Origin: an uncultured virus (IMG/VR IMGVR_UViG_3300005337_000018)
Lineage: Duplodnaviria; Heunggongvirae; Uroviricota; Caudoviricetes
Length of the DNA: 64,000 nucleotides
Strand: one strand, 5' to 3'
IMG/VR virus record: IMGVR_UViG_3300005337_000018
The position numbers and the translations under genes were made by a program. A model generated the notes under the pieces. That model worked only from the letters and a program-made list of their open reading frames with translations, was not told the origin of the DNA and made no database searches. This document shows, piece after piece, positions 47,388 to 56,800 of this stretch (positions are counted from its first letter, which is position 1; the number at the start of each line of letters is the position of its first letter).

Positions 47388-48667
47388 GGAGCCGTGGCCT
47401 TGGCCGCGGCATCCTTGGCACGCTGAGCAGCAGCGGCAGCCTCCTTGGTTGCCGCTGCTGCTTTCGCTTGGGCGACATTCTGCTGCCGGGAGAACTCACG
47501 TTGTTGGGCCTCGAACGCAGCCTGCCGCTCTTGGGCCTGGCGACGCGCTCGCTGGTCGGCGATCCGCCGCCGCCGCTCCTGCTCGACTCGTTGCCTGGCA
47601 TCTTCCCGGCGAGCGACCCGATCCCGCCGTGACTTGACGCGAGACGCATGACCGGTAGATGCGCGCGTCGCTGAATCCAGCACCCCTTGCGCCGCGCCCA
47701 GCGTGCGTTGGGCGTTCTGCAGTGCTTGTTGCTGCTCGAGCGTTCGGCCCGGCTGGCTGGACAACTCCCGAATGACCTCGGTCGCACGTGACACTGCTAT
47801 CTGTCGCTGCTCGATCCGGGAGTCCAGAACACCCTGGTCCCTGTCCTCCTTGGCCTGTTCCGCTTCCTCGTCCGCCTTCCGCTTCTCGGCGTCGCGGTCG
47901 AACTTGTCCCGACGGTTCTGCTCGGCTTCCCGGGCCTGCCGATCGGCCTCGTCCTTCTTTGCCTTCTCCGCCCGGGCCTTGGTGTTCTCGAGTTGCTGGC
48001 GCGCCCGCTCGGCCGCCTTCTCCTGGCGATCGGCTTCGTTCTGGGCCTTCTTGGCGTCTGTCTCAGCCTTCTTCTTGACCGCGTCCCTAGCCTTGTCGGT
48101 GGCCGATCCGCCGCCGCCGCCGCCCTTGCCCTTGCCGGACCCGCCTCCCCCGCCTCCGCCACCACCGCCCTTCTTCTTGGCGTTCCGGGCCGCCACTGCG
48201 GCCCGGGCATCGGCGATGATCTCCTCGACGGACTTGTTGGTGTGCTTGCCCTCGCGAGAATCCGGCCGGTTGACCGGGCCACCGTTGCGCAGATCCAGCC
48301 GGGCCCTGGCCTTCGGCGCGGTGATGAGTCGACCGGCCCGATTCAGCGGGATGGTCTCGGTCTTGCCGTCCGGGTACCGCACCGTGATGCCGTTGGGGCC
48401 GATCGCGGTGACCTCGCCGCGCCGCTTCCCGTCGACAGTGACCTGGCCGGACTTCTCGATGAACGTGCCGTCCGCACCGCGCGGATGGAGTTGCTCGAAC
48501 TCCTTGTCCTTCGGTTCCCGGTGCCGGTCCCGTTTCTGCGCCGGGGCCTTCCTCCGGCCGTCGCCGCCGCTGCCAGCGCGACGTTGGGTTGCAGCGGGAC
48601 CAGCCGCGCGACCACCGCGAGCGCCATCGACGCTGGTGGCGGCAACCAGTGCGACCGGATCGGTCAC
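47384..48667 (-). CDS. Highly charged coiled-coil head-region protein with HPRG tag
   Basis: LHPRGADGTFIE, poly-Gly linker and long R/E/K/A/Q helix; GTG start 1 nt after the upstream stop. Confidence 0.7.
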   Translation of the reverse strand: MTDPVALVAATSVDGARGGRAAGPAATQRRAGSGGDGRRKAPAQKRDRHREPKDKEFEQLHPRGADGTFIEKSGQVTVDGKRRGEVTAIGPNGITVRYPDGKTETIPLNRAGRLITAPKARARLDLRNGGPVNRPDSREGKHTNKSVEEIIADARAAVAARNAKKKGGGGGGGGGGSGKGKGGGGGGSATDKARDAVKKKAETDAKKAQNEADRQEKAAERARQQLENTKARAEKAKKDEADRQAREAEQNRRDKFDRDAEKRKADEEAEQAKEDRDQGVLDSRIEQRQIAVSRATEVIRELSSQPGRTLEQQQALQNAQRTLGAAQGVLDSATRASTGHASRVKSRRDRVARREDARQRVEQERRRRIADQRARRQAQERQAAFEAQQREFSRQQNVAQAKAAAATKEAAAAAQRAKDAAAKATAP

Positions 48668-48668
48668 G

Positions 48669-48956
48669 TCACTTCCCGTCTCGACGCCGTTCGGCTGCCT
48701 GGGCCCGGGCCCGAATGACACTGGCACTTGCGGTCACGGGTTCCTGGGAGACGGTGCCGTCCGATCCGACCGGGGTTTCCCCGGGGATCTCGTTGACCAT
48801 GTCCAAGCCGGACCCGGTCGCCCTGATCTCCTCGACCGACTTGGTGATCGCGTCCCACATCTTGCTGGACTCGTCGTCGGTGACGTAGTTGCTCTGCTCC
48901 TTGGGGAGCCCGCCGACAACCTGCGAATAGATCTTGATCACGACATCGGAATCCAT
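48669..48956 (-). CDS. Small acidic protein, candidate partner/antitoxin of the zeta-like kinase
   Basis: Starts 1 nt after the kinase stop; acidic; ends PVTASASVIRARAQAAERRR. Confidence 0.55.
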   Translation of the reverse strand: MDSDVVIKIYSQVVGGLPKEQSNYVTDDESSKMWDAITKSVEEIRATGSGLDMVNEIPGETPVGSDGTVSQEPVTASASVIRARAQAAERRRDGK

Positions 48957-48957
48957 G

Positions 48958-50241
48958 TCACACCGTCCCTGCCGGTACCAATGGACCAGGTACCGGTGCC
49001 GGTACTGGTGCCGGAGCCGCTGACGGAGCCGACGGTGCCCGGACGATCATCTTCGGAGCGTTCGGGTTGACGTCGGCGAGTTTGCGGTACGCATCCTCAC
49101 GGCCCTTGGCGACGAACGTGTCCCAGCCGTCCTGATCGAGAATCCTCTGCTTGCCTCCGACCGACTCCATCAACGGCTTGATGTCGGCCGACGACGTGTC
49201 GTAGAGCCGCACCTCATCGAACTGGTCGTGCAGCTCCGGCAGCACCTTGGACACCGAGATGTGGGTGTCCCGGATGACTTCCTCCGGCACATGCCGACCG
49301 ATCTTGTTGCCGCGAATGATCGCCCGCTCGACCGCGACGTCGGTCGGGACGGTGGTGTAGTAGCCGTTCACGGCGTACCCGGCGTCCTTACCGGCCTTGA
49401 TCTTCTTCATCATGGACTTGGTGGTGGAGTCCCCGGTGCCGTCCAGTGTGACGTTGTAGCCGTTCTCGAACGACGCGGCCTGCAGCCGCTTGGCGAGGTA
49501 ACTGGACTCCTCGTGGGACAACGCTGCCGCCTTCGGATCCCCGGCGTCCAGCATCTCGCGGTACTCGGGCAGCTTGTCCTTCATCTCGTCGGCGTTGACC
49601 ATGACGGCACTGTCGTCGGTGAGCGCCGGAATCCCGGCCTGCCGGACCATCGTGGACTTCCCGGCCGCTGGGCCACCACCGAGCACGTTGAACTGCGGCT
49701 TGCCCTCCGGCGCGGTCTTGCCCTGAAGTGCTTCCTCGATGATTGAGTCGTGGAACGCCTGGCGCTCCGGGGTGAACGCCCACGATCCATCCGGACCCTG
49801 AACCAGATGCTGGGCGGCCGTGGACTCCGGAACCCGCTGCATGTCAGCGAGAGTCCCTTCATCCAAAGGAATGTCGCCCATACCCTTGCGTGGCCCGCCC
49901 CGCAAGATCCTGGGACCACCTTTGTCGTTGTCTTCCAGCTTGGCCACCGACTTCGGTGCCGTGGTCAGCCGCTCGGAGACGTCCTTGATCGGGATGGTCA
50001 CCCGACTGCCGTCGTCCGTGTACTTGACCTGCGGACCGGCCTCGGTCAGTTTCTCGACCTCGGCCCGCCGGGTACCGCCACCGCCACCCGGGTTGAGGAT
50101 GTTGACGAACCCACCGGCCTCGATGAACTTCCCGTCGTGACCACGGGGGTGCAGCCACTCCTTGAAGCTCGCCGCTACCAGCGTGTCATTCGGCCGTCGT
50201 CGCGCAGCAGCTCGCTGCCGGGCCCGCTCAACGCTCGTCGG
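48958..50241 (-). CDS. Zeta-toxin-family P-loop kinase (5' end probably supplied by frameshift from the protease gene)
   Basis: VLGGGPAAGKST, VNADEMK, VTLDGT and R...GRHVPEEV motifs. The frame is open about 90 codons upstream of the first GTG (50001), to a stop at 50272-50274. Confidence 0.8.
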   Translation of the reverse strand, partial: PTSVERARQRAAARRRPNDTLVAASFKEWLHPRGHDGKFIEAGGFVNILNPGGGGGTRRAEVEKLTEAGPQVKYTDDGSRVTIPIKDVSERLTTAPKSVAKLEDNDKGGPRILRGGPRKGMGDIPLDEGTLADMQRVPESTAAQHLVQGPDGSWAFTPERQAFHDSIIEEALQGKTAPEGKPQFNVLGGGPAAGKSTMVRQAGIPALTDDSAVMVNADEMKDKLPEYREMLDAGDPKAAALSHEESSYLAKRLQAASFENGYNVTLDGTGDSTTKSMMKKIKAGKDAGYAVNGYYTTVPTDVAVERAIIRGNKIGRHVPEEVIRDTHISVSKVLPELHDQFDEVRLYDTSSADIKPLMESVGGKQRILDQDGWDTFVAKGREDAYRKLADVNPNAPKMIVRAPSAPSAAPAPVPAPVPGPLVPAGTV

Positions 50242-52621
50242 GAAACGTGGCCGCGTCCGCGGCCGCAGCGGTCACCACCCCAGCGGCAGCAACTGGCTTC
50301 CAGTTGTCCGGGATCAACTCGGTGTGCTTGAGCGCTCGGGCCCTGGAGATGATGTGCCGTTTCACGGCCGCCTTGTGGCTGGGCTTGGCCCGGCCGAACG
50401 CCTTCACGGCCTTCTTCAAATCGGACACCGTGGCGATCGGGAACGACCCGTCCGGCATGGACCCCTTGGGCTTCTTGCCCGCAGCAGCGGCCGTGATCGC
50501 AGCGGTGATCATCTCCTCGACGGCCAGTTCCTCCTCGGCGTCGGTGCCGTGCACCCGCGCCCGGATCTCGGCCCGCCTGGCAACCCGCTCCGCCTCGCGC
50601 CGCTCGGCACTGGCCTGAACCCGTTGCCGGGCCCGGAGCACCGCCTCGTTCGTGGTGAGCGACGGCTCGGGGACCTCGGGCAGTTCCTCCTCGGACAGCG
50701 AGATCACGGACTCGGCCGGAACGCCGTCGTTGAACTCGACCAGGTCCGGCTCGTCGGCCCCGGTCATCTCGGCCAGCGAGCGCTCGAGGCTTGCGATCCG
50801 TTCCTCCACCGCGGCATCCGCGATGGCCGAAGCCTTGATCACGGCGAGTGGACGGGCACCGGCCGCGACCATCGCGGTGATCGCGCCGGAGGCGACTCGA
50901 GCCCGGGCAACCGGGAAGCCCGGCACGTTGACCTGACAGACGGCAACCAGTTCGAGGTTGCCGTTGATCGGACGCCAGTCGCCCGACGGTGCCGACGCCC
51001 GCAGTACCCGCACCTGTTCGGGCTTGATGTCCGGCCGCAATGACCCCGCAACCCAGATCCCGTGGCGATCTTCGCCGACGTTCACATCAGCCACGGCCGA
51101 TGCGGTGTTGTCGTAGTGCGCAACCGCGCGGGAAGCGTCGGCCGACAACGGTGCATGGCCACCGGCGAGCGTGAGCTGCCCGACCGACACGTCCTTGCCG
51201 CCCGCCGTGCGCAGCAGCCCGGTCTTGAAATAGGCGTAGTTCGACCGGGACTTCGGCGCGTGCACCCGTCCCGGAAGCCCGATGTGCGTGACGTCGAACG
51301 TGGCGATGTGGCCGGACACCCGGCCGTCGTCGTCCACCGTCAGCGGGGTCGGTCCGGGAAGATGGGGATCGCCGAACCAGTCGTCCGGTGGCTTCACCGG
51401 GAAGCCGCCTGCGGTCAGAGCGCGAATGAGAACGGCGTCGTCCAGCCGCTCGGCATAGACGCCGTCCTTGATGCCGTTGGCCATGGCGTAGTCCCCTTCG
51501 TTCTCCGGGACCCAGGCCCCGATCTGCAGTGATGATATGAGTGAGCTGATCGCGGGGACAGCCCCGGAAGCGTTCAACCGGGACCCGGTGTAGATCCCGG
51601 TGTTGCGCTTGTGCATGTTCTGGCAGTAGCCCTTGGCCCTGACACCCAGGTACTTGGACAGATACTTGAAGCACCGCGTCCAGTCCCCGTGGGTTCCCCA
51701 GCGGATCTTCGCCCCGCCCTTGCCGCCGATCGACCAGTACCGCCGCAACTTCTCGGCGCGCGGATCCGGGGACACCGCAGCGGTGGTTGCTTCCTCGGCC
51801 TTCTCCTTGACCTTCTCCTTGGCCTTGTCCACGAACTCGGGAGCCGACGCATCCACTTGGGCCACGATGTCCGGAAGCTGCTCGGCCGTCAGTTCGACCA
51901 ACGGTGGCGGTTTCACGCTCTGCAGCGACGCCAGCATCGCCGCGTCGGCGATCCAGCCGCCGTTGTTCGGGTCGTAGATCTGGACCTTCGGACCCGGTGC
52001 CAACCGGATGAGATCGAGTACGGCCCCTGGATCCAACTCGTCCACGACCGCGAACGGCGTCCAGCCTTCTTCGTCGGCCGTGTCATTCGGTGCATCGGCC
52101 GCGAGGATCGGCATCGCCCCGGCGGTCATCACCGTGTCCGGCGGAAGCCACGCCCGCGGCGTCACGTAGCGCAGGAGCAGTCCACCGGCACCGGACTGCA
52201 CGGCGTCGGCGAGATCCTCGGCGATCTCCGGATCGATGATCCGGGCCCGGCCGGTCCCGTTGAACTGCTCCCACGTCCCGGCCGCCGTCAGCACCTGAAC
52301 GCCGTCTCCCTCTCGACGGAGCAGATGCGTCAGTAGGTCCGGGTCCTGTCCGACCAGTGCATACCAGCCGGAGTCCTCACAGTCGGTGCAGGGGATCTTG
52401 CGGCCACCGCTGGCCAGCAGTGCGTCCAACGTCTTGTCGGCCCAGCTCGTGCACGACAGGTCCGGTCGCCGCAACACGGTGAACAGGTCCCACGCCGTCG
52501 TCTGTCCCAGCATCATTCGCTTGGCCAGCGGGTCATCTCCACCGGCCGCCACGACCGCAGCGGCGTTGCGCGCATGGGCGGGTGCGTTGTAGGTCCGATC
52601 GTGCCCGGCGAACATGATCAC
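50228..52621 (-). CDS. Capsid maturation protease (multidomain)
   Basis: PPDDWF.DP...TPLTVDDDGRVSGHIA...GED.HGIWVAG...SGDWR...LELVA...VNVPGFP domain; RRYW...KIRWGT.GDW.RC domain; located between portal and capsid. Confidence 0.82.
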   Translation of the reverse strand: MIMFAGHDRTYNAPAHARNAAAVVAAGGDDPLAKRMMLGQTTAWDLFTVLRRPDLSCTSWADKTLDALLASGGRKIPCTDCEDSGWYALVGQDPDLLTHLLRREGDGVQVLTAAGTWEQFNGTGRARIIDPEIAEDLADAVQSGAGGLLLRYVTPRAWLPPDTVMTAGAMPILAADAPNDTADEEGWTPFAVVDELDPGAVLDLIRLAPGPKVQIYDPNNGGWIADAAMLASLQSVKPPPLVELTAEQLPDIVAQVDASAPEFVDKAKEKVKEKAEEATTAAVSPDPRAEKLRRYWSIGGKGGAKIRWGTHGDWTRCFKYLSKYLGVRAKGYCQNMHKRNTGIYTGSRLNASGAVPAISSLISSLQIGAWVPENEGDYAMANGIKDGVYAERLDDAVLIRALTAGGFPVKPPDDWFGDPHLPGPTPLTVDDDGRVSGHIATFDVTHIGLPGRVHAPKSRSNYAYFKTGLLRTAGGKDVSVGQLTLAGGHAPLSADASRAVAHYDNTASAVADVNVGEDRHGIWVAGSLRPDIKPEQVRVLRASAPSGDWRPINGNLELVAVCQVNVPGFPVARARVASGAITAMVAAGARPLAVIKASAIADAAVEERIASLERSLAEMTGADEPDLVEFNDGVPAESVISLSEEELPEVPEPSLTTNEAVLRARQRVQASAERREAERVARRAEIRARVHGTDAEEELAVEEMITAAITAAAAGKKPKGSMPDGSFPIATVSDLKKAVKAFGRAKPSHKAAVKRHIISRARALKHTELIPDNWKPVAAAGVVTAAAADAATFPDER

Positions 52622-52986
52622 GGCTTGACCAGCTCCTCGAACTCCTCGGTCGAAACCGCTCCGGCCAGCCGCGCACCGCGCAGCACCTCGACCACATCGG
52701 CCTTCAGCGTCGGATCACCCAGGGTGAAAGCAGCGTGCACGGCAGTGCGTGTGTCGTTGTACGGAGCATGTCCGGCCGCGTAGGAACGAACACTGGCCAC
52801 CACGCCGTTCAGCAGCCCAGCGGCCGACCAGGACTCGGGAATGTGGTCGTGCTGCCCCAGTGCGACGGCGCGCCGGATGACGTACCAGCGCGTCTCCGGG
52901 TGTTCGTCGGCGTAGCGAATGGACAGCGTCAGATCCTCCGCGGACGCCACGATCGGCATGTCTGTCATCCGGCCTTCTCCCACCAC
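52618..52986 (-). CDS. Hypothetical head-region protein
   Basis: Shares the P...DL...RA.AL...IP..W domain with its neighbours; start may be the internal ATG (MTDMP). Confidence 0.6.
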   Translation of the reverse strand: MVGEGRMTDMPIVASAEDLTLSIRYADEHPETRWYVIRRAVALGQHDHIPESWSAAGLLNGVVASVRSYAAGHAPYNDTRTAVHAAFTLGDPTLKADVVEVLRGARLAGAVSTEEFEELVKP

Positions 52987-53822
52987 CAGGTCGGGATCCG
53001 GTCGCTCTCACCGAGCGCCATCGCTCGCTTCGCCATGTACCAGCGAGCATCCGGATGGACCGCAGCGAACCTCAGCCCCAGTTCCAGATCCTCTGCGGAA
53101 GCAACCAGCGGAATGCTCACCCCGGCCGCCGCGGTGAGCGACACCGCCGTCTCCGTCGGGACCTCGGCCGGATCGATGATCTCGTCCGAGCCGTCGGTCT
53201 TGCGCGACGCGCTAGGCGTCGGCAACTCGAACACGGAGATCGTGGTGCTGGCGTTCTGGGACGCATCGAACACGTCGACCGCGCCGGACCCCACCGTCAC
53301 CAGTTCCAGATCCTCGAGCGACTGCGAGGTGTCCTGAAGCTGCTGCCACGCTCCCAGGTACCGGACGTAGGGTCCCGACCCGGTCTCCAGGAGCAGCGTG
53401 ACCACCGAGTTGTCCGGTGCCACCACGGCCTGTAGTGAATTGGCCAACATGCCACCTCCTTGGAGAACGTGCATACGGATCACCTCGACCGGTTGCGGAA
53501 CTCCGGCCCCGGGTGAGAGGAGCACTGCGTCATACGGGTCCACGTGCCGGATCCGGATCAGACCTTGGGCCGCGACGATGTCGGAACCGTCCATGGTGAA
53601 CTCACCGACGTTCGCTCCGCGGAGGGTGTCGTCGGTGGACCACACGATCATGATGTTCTCGTCGTCGTTCCGCACGAGTACCGGGAACGCGAGGAACTCC
53701 GGGATCCACCGAACCCGATCGACGGTGCCGGTGACCTCGTCTATCTCCTCGTCCTGTTTCAGCAGGACCGCGACGTCCGGTAGTACCGGGAAGACGGTTT
53801 GAGTGATGGCTGGAGCGGTCAT
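52965..53822 (-). CDS. Hypothetical head-region protein
   Basis: ATGA overlap; C-terminal shared domain after SLTAAAG. Confidence 0.7.
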   Translation of the reverse strand: MTAPAITQTVFPVLPDVAVLLKQDEEIDEVTGTVDRVRWIPEFLAFPVLVRNDDENIMIVWSTDDTLRGANVGEFTMDGSDIVAAQGLIRIRHVDPYDAVLLSPGAGVPQPVEVIRMHVLQGGGMLANSLQAVVAPDNSVVTLLLETGSGPYVRYLGAWQQLQDTSQSLEDLELVTVGSGAVDVFDASQNASTTISVFELPTPSASRKTDGSDEIIDPAEVPTETAVSLTAAAGVSIPLVASAEDLELGLRFAAVHPDARWYMAKRAMALGESDRIPTWWWEKAG

Positions 53823-56800
53823 GCCACCAGCACCTCCTCGGCCTCGGCCGCGGCCGTGACGGTGTCGTAGCTCAGTGGGATCGACGTGATCGGAACGACG
53901 TTCGGCGGGATGTACGCAGTCATGGTGGAAGCGTTGGTCGCCTTGGCCTTCGTGTGGGTCAGAATGACATCCTCGAGCGCACGCCCGTTGAACGATGTGA
54001 CGCCCTTGGACTTCAGGTACTGGATCGCCGCGTCGACACCACTCTGGGACGGCAGGCTGATGTAGCCCGTGGCCTCCCCGGGGATCCCGCCACCGAGGTA
54101 CAGATCCTGAACCTGGCTCTGGTTCAGAGCCGCCTTGAGTGAACTGCTGCCCTGTCCGTGTCCCTTGCCCCAGGCGTCAACGTGTTCGGGCCCGGCTCGC
54201 CAGTCCTGAATCCGGCTGAGCACCGACATAGGGTGGTAGTAGACGACCATCGCTTCACCGGCCGGGAACAGCGGATTGCGGCCCGGGAGCTTGACGCTGT
54301 TGATCGCGGAGGAGAATGACCCGTTTCCGGCGTTGTTCAGTGAGTCGGCGTGCGGGGATGATCCGTGGCCACCGGTCATTCCTCCGGCTCGCTTCAGCAG
54401 ACCATTCGCCGCGCCGAATCCGAGCGCGCTCATCACACTCGGCGGGGTGCCGCTGTTGTGCCCGCTCGCTCGGATGACCTGTTTCACCTGAATCTTGCTG
54501 GCGATCTTCTTCTGCACCCGCTCCGACCAGAAGTAACTGACCTTGCCGGTGGACTCGTCGGTGCCGACCAGGATGTCATCCCAGGTGAGATCCGGGATCC
54601 CGAGCGTCGTGCCCGCGGTGTCGAACAGTTTCTTGTCCGTCCACCCCTTGGTGGAGTCGGAGTCCGTCATGTCCAGACTGAGCAGGTTGCGCAGCATCCC
54701 CTTGGCGGTCGTCTTGGCGGAGTCCTGTGTCAGCGGGGTGATCGGGATCCCCAGGTCGGCCAGCGCGGCGTTCAGGTGGGTCTCGTCGGTGCCCTCCGGC
54801 AACGTGATCGCGGTGAGCCCGATCGCGGAGTCGATCCCCTTCTCGCCACCGCCCCAGCCGCCGGACGACTTCTCGAAATCGATACCCATGACCTCAACGA
54901 CCACACCGTCGGCGGTCACCTTCCGGAGCCCCGGCTGGACGCCGTCGTGCCACGGAATGACAGAGGATCCCACCGGCGTACCGGGTTCGTGGTCCAGCAC
55001 ACCGTCCTGGACGCCACCGGTGATCTTCGAGATCACCCCGTCGTGCTTTGCGAGTTTGGCCCAACCAGCAGCCTTGGCCTCGTCGGAAAGCACCAACGGC
55101 TTGCGGTTCCCGTAGGTTGCAACGCCGCTCGAGGTGGACGTCGCGTCCGGCTCGATCTTGGGCTTGTTCGGGTCCCAGGTGAAGACCGGCAACCCACCCG
55201 TGTGACCGGCCATGAAATTGCTGGTGATGATGGAGTTGTCGTCCATGTTCTCGAGCGTGACGGTGATGTTCCCATCACCCTTGGGCTCGACCTTGCTGAC
55301 CTTGTGTGTCGCCGGACCGTCGGTCGACACCTTCCAGGCGCTCGAGTGTGACGACCAGCGCATGGAGACGATGTCCCCGACGGCGACGTCACCACTGTCC
55401 TTGCTGGACTTCGCCCAGTCACCGAGTTTCGGCGGGGTGCTCGCCGCCTGACTGAGCTTGTCCCGGAGCTTATCGACCTGAGCGTGAGTCAGATTCATCA
55501 AGACCCGGTTGACCTTCTTGCCGGACGGAGTCTTGACGCTGGTCACGACCATCTCGCCGCCGACCGTGCCACCGGACCCGGAGACGATCGGCCGCCACTG
55601 GCCGTCCTTGATCGTCTTGGTGAGTGCCTCGCCCGGGGGGTCCGCGGCGAACGGCATCCCGCTGGGCACCGGCAGCGTGGCCGGGGGAGCGACGTAGGCG
55701 GGCTTGGTCGGGTCCGGGCCCGGCGTGACCACCAGCCGATCGATGATCCGCTTGGACTTCTTGCCGTCGATGTCCAGGGTCGCCGTCTTGCCGTCCTTGG
55801 AGACCGAGATGATCTTGCCCTTGTAGGACTTGGACGCATTGGTGACTGTCATTCCGGGCTTGGGGATGTACCCGTTCTTGGTCAGCACACCACCGGTGGC
55901 CTTCCAGGAGTTGATCGCCTCCCCACCCGGCTTGTCCGGCATGACCAACGGGACGTTCGGAGCCGGAGTGGCCGGGGCTGCCGGAGCCGGTGTCGGCGCT
56001 ACTGGAGTCGTGAAGACCGAAACCGTAGTCAGAGGTGGGAGATCCTCCGTTGTGGTCTCGATCCCGTTGTTCCACAGGGTCCATTGCGTTTCCGAACTGG
56101 TTTCGAGGTAGATGGGATCCGTCTCGAACTGATCTACCTCCCCGCTGATCGGGGAAATCATGTGCAGGGAGCCGTCCGCGGCGACCTCGAAGTTCATCTT
56201 GGTGGAGGCACCGGTAGTTGGATTGACGTTGCTGTAGTGCAGCACCTTCTTTCCGGTGGGGTCATAGGCGTCCGGAATGTCGAACGACGGAGCAGTCGGG
56301 GCAGGAGCACTGGTCGTCGTGGTGCTCGGAACGATGCCGAGACCGTTCGGGTTGATCGGCGACGACGGAGCGTTCAGCATGTCGCCGAGACTCGCGCCGG
56401 AAACCGAGACTCCGTTGGCCCACAGCGTCCAGGTGACGTTGTCCTTCCCGTTCAGGAGATCCATCGCATCCGGGCTGACCGGTGTGTCGTACACCGTCCC
56501 GTCGAGACTGGAAATGACGTGGAAGGTTCCGTCGTCCCAGACCTCCATCTCGACGTCGACGGAGTTGTCCGTGCTGATGGCGTGGATGAGTTTCTTGCCG
56601 GTCGGGTTGTAGCCGCTCGGCAGGGTGAACGGCGGGGTGGGAGCGCTGGCCTGGTTGGTGCTCGGGACCGCGCTCGGTGCGCCGAACTCCAGCTTCCAGT
56701 AGTTGCCCGGATCCGACTTCGGATCGGTATCCGGTTCAACCGCCCAGTCGCCGTCCGGGTACACCCAGTGGTAGTTGCCGTCCGCCTTCAGGATGTACAA

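Noticed and set aside
50177..50231. TTG at 50231 or ATG at about 50189 as the start of the zeta-like kinase
   Set aside because: Both are in the third frame, which closes at a TAG within 18 codons and does not encode the HPRG motif or the kinase.
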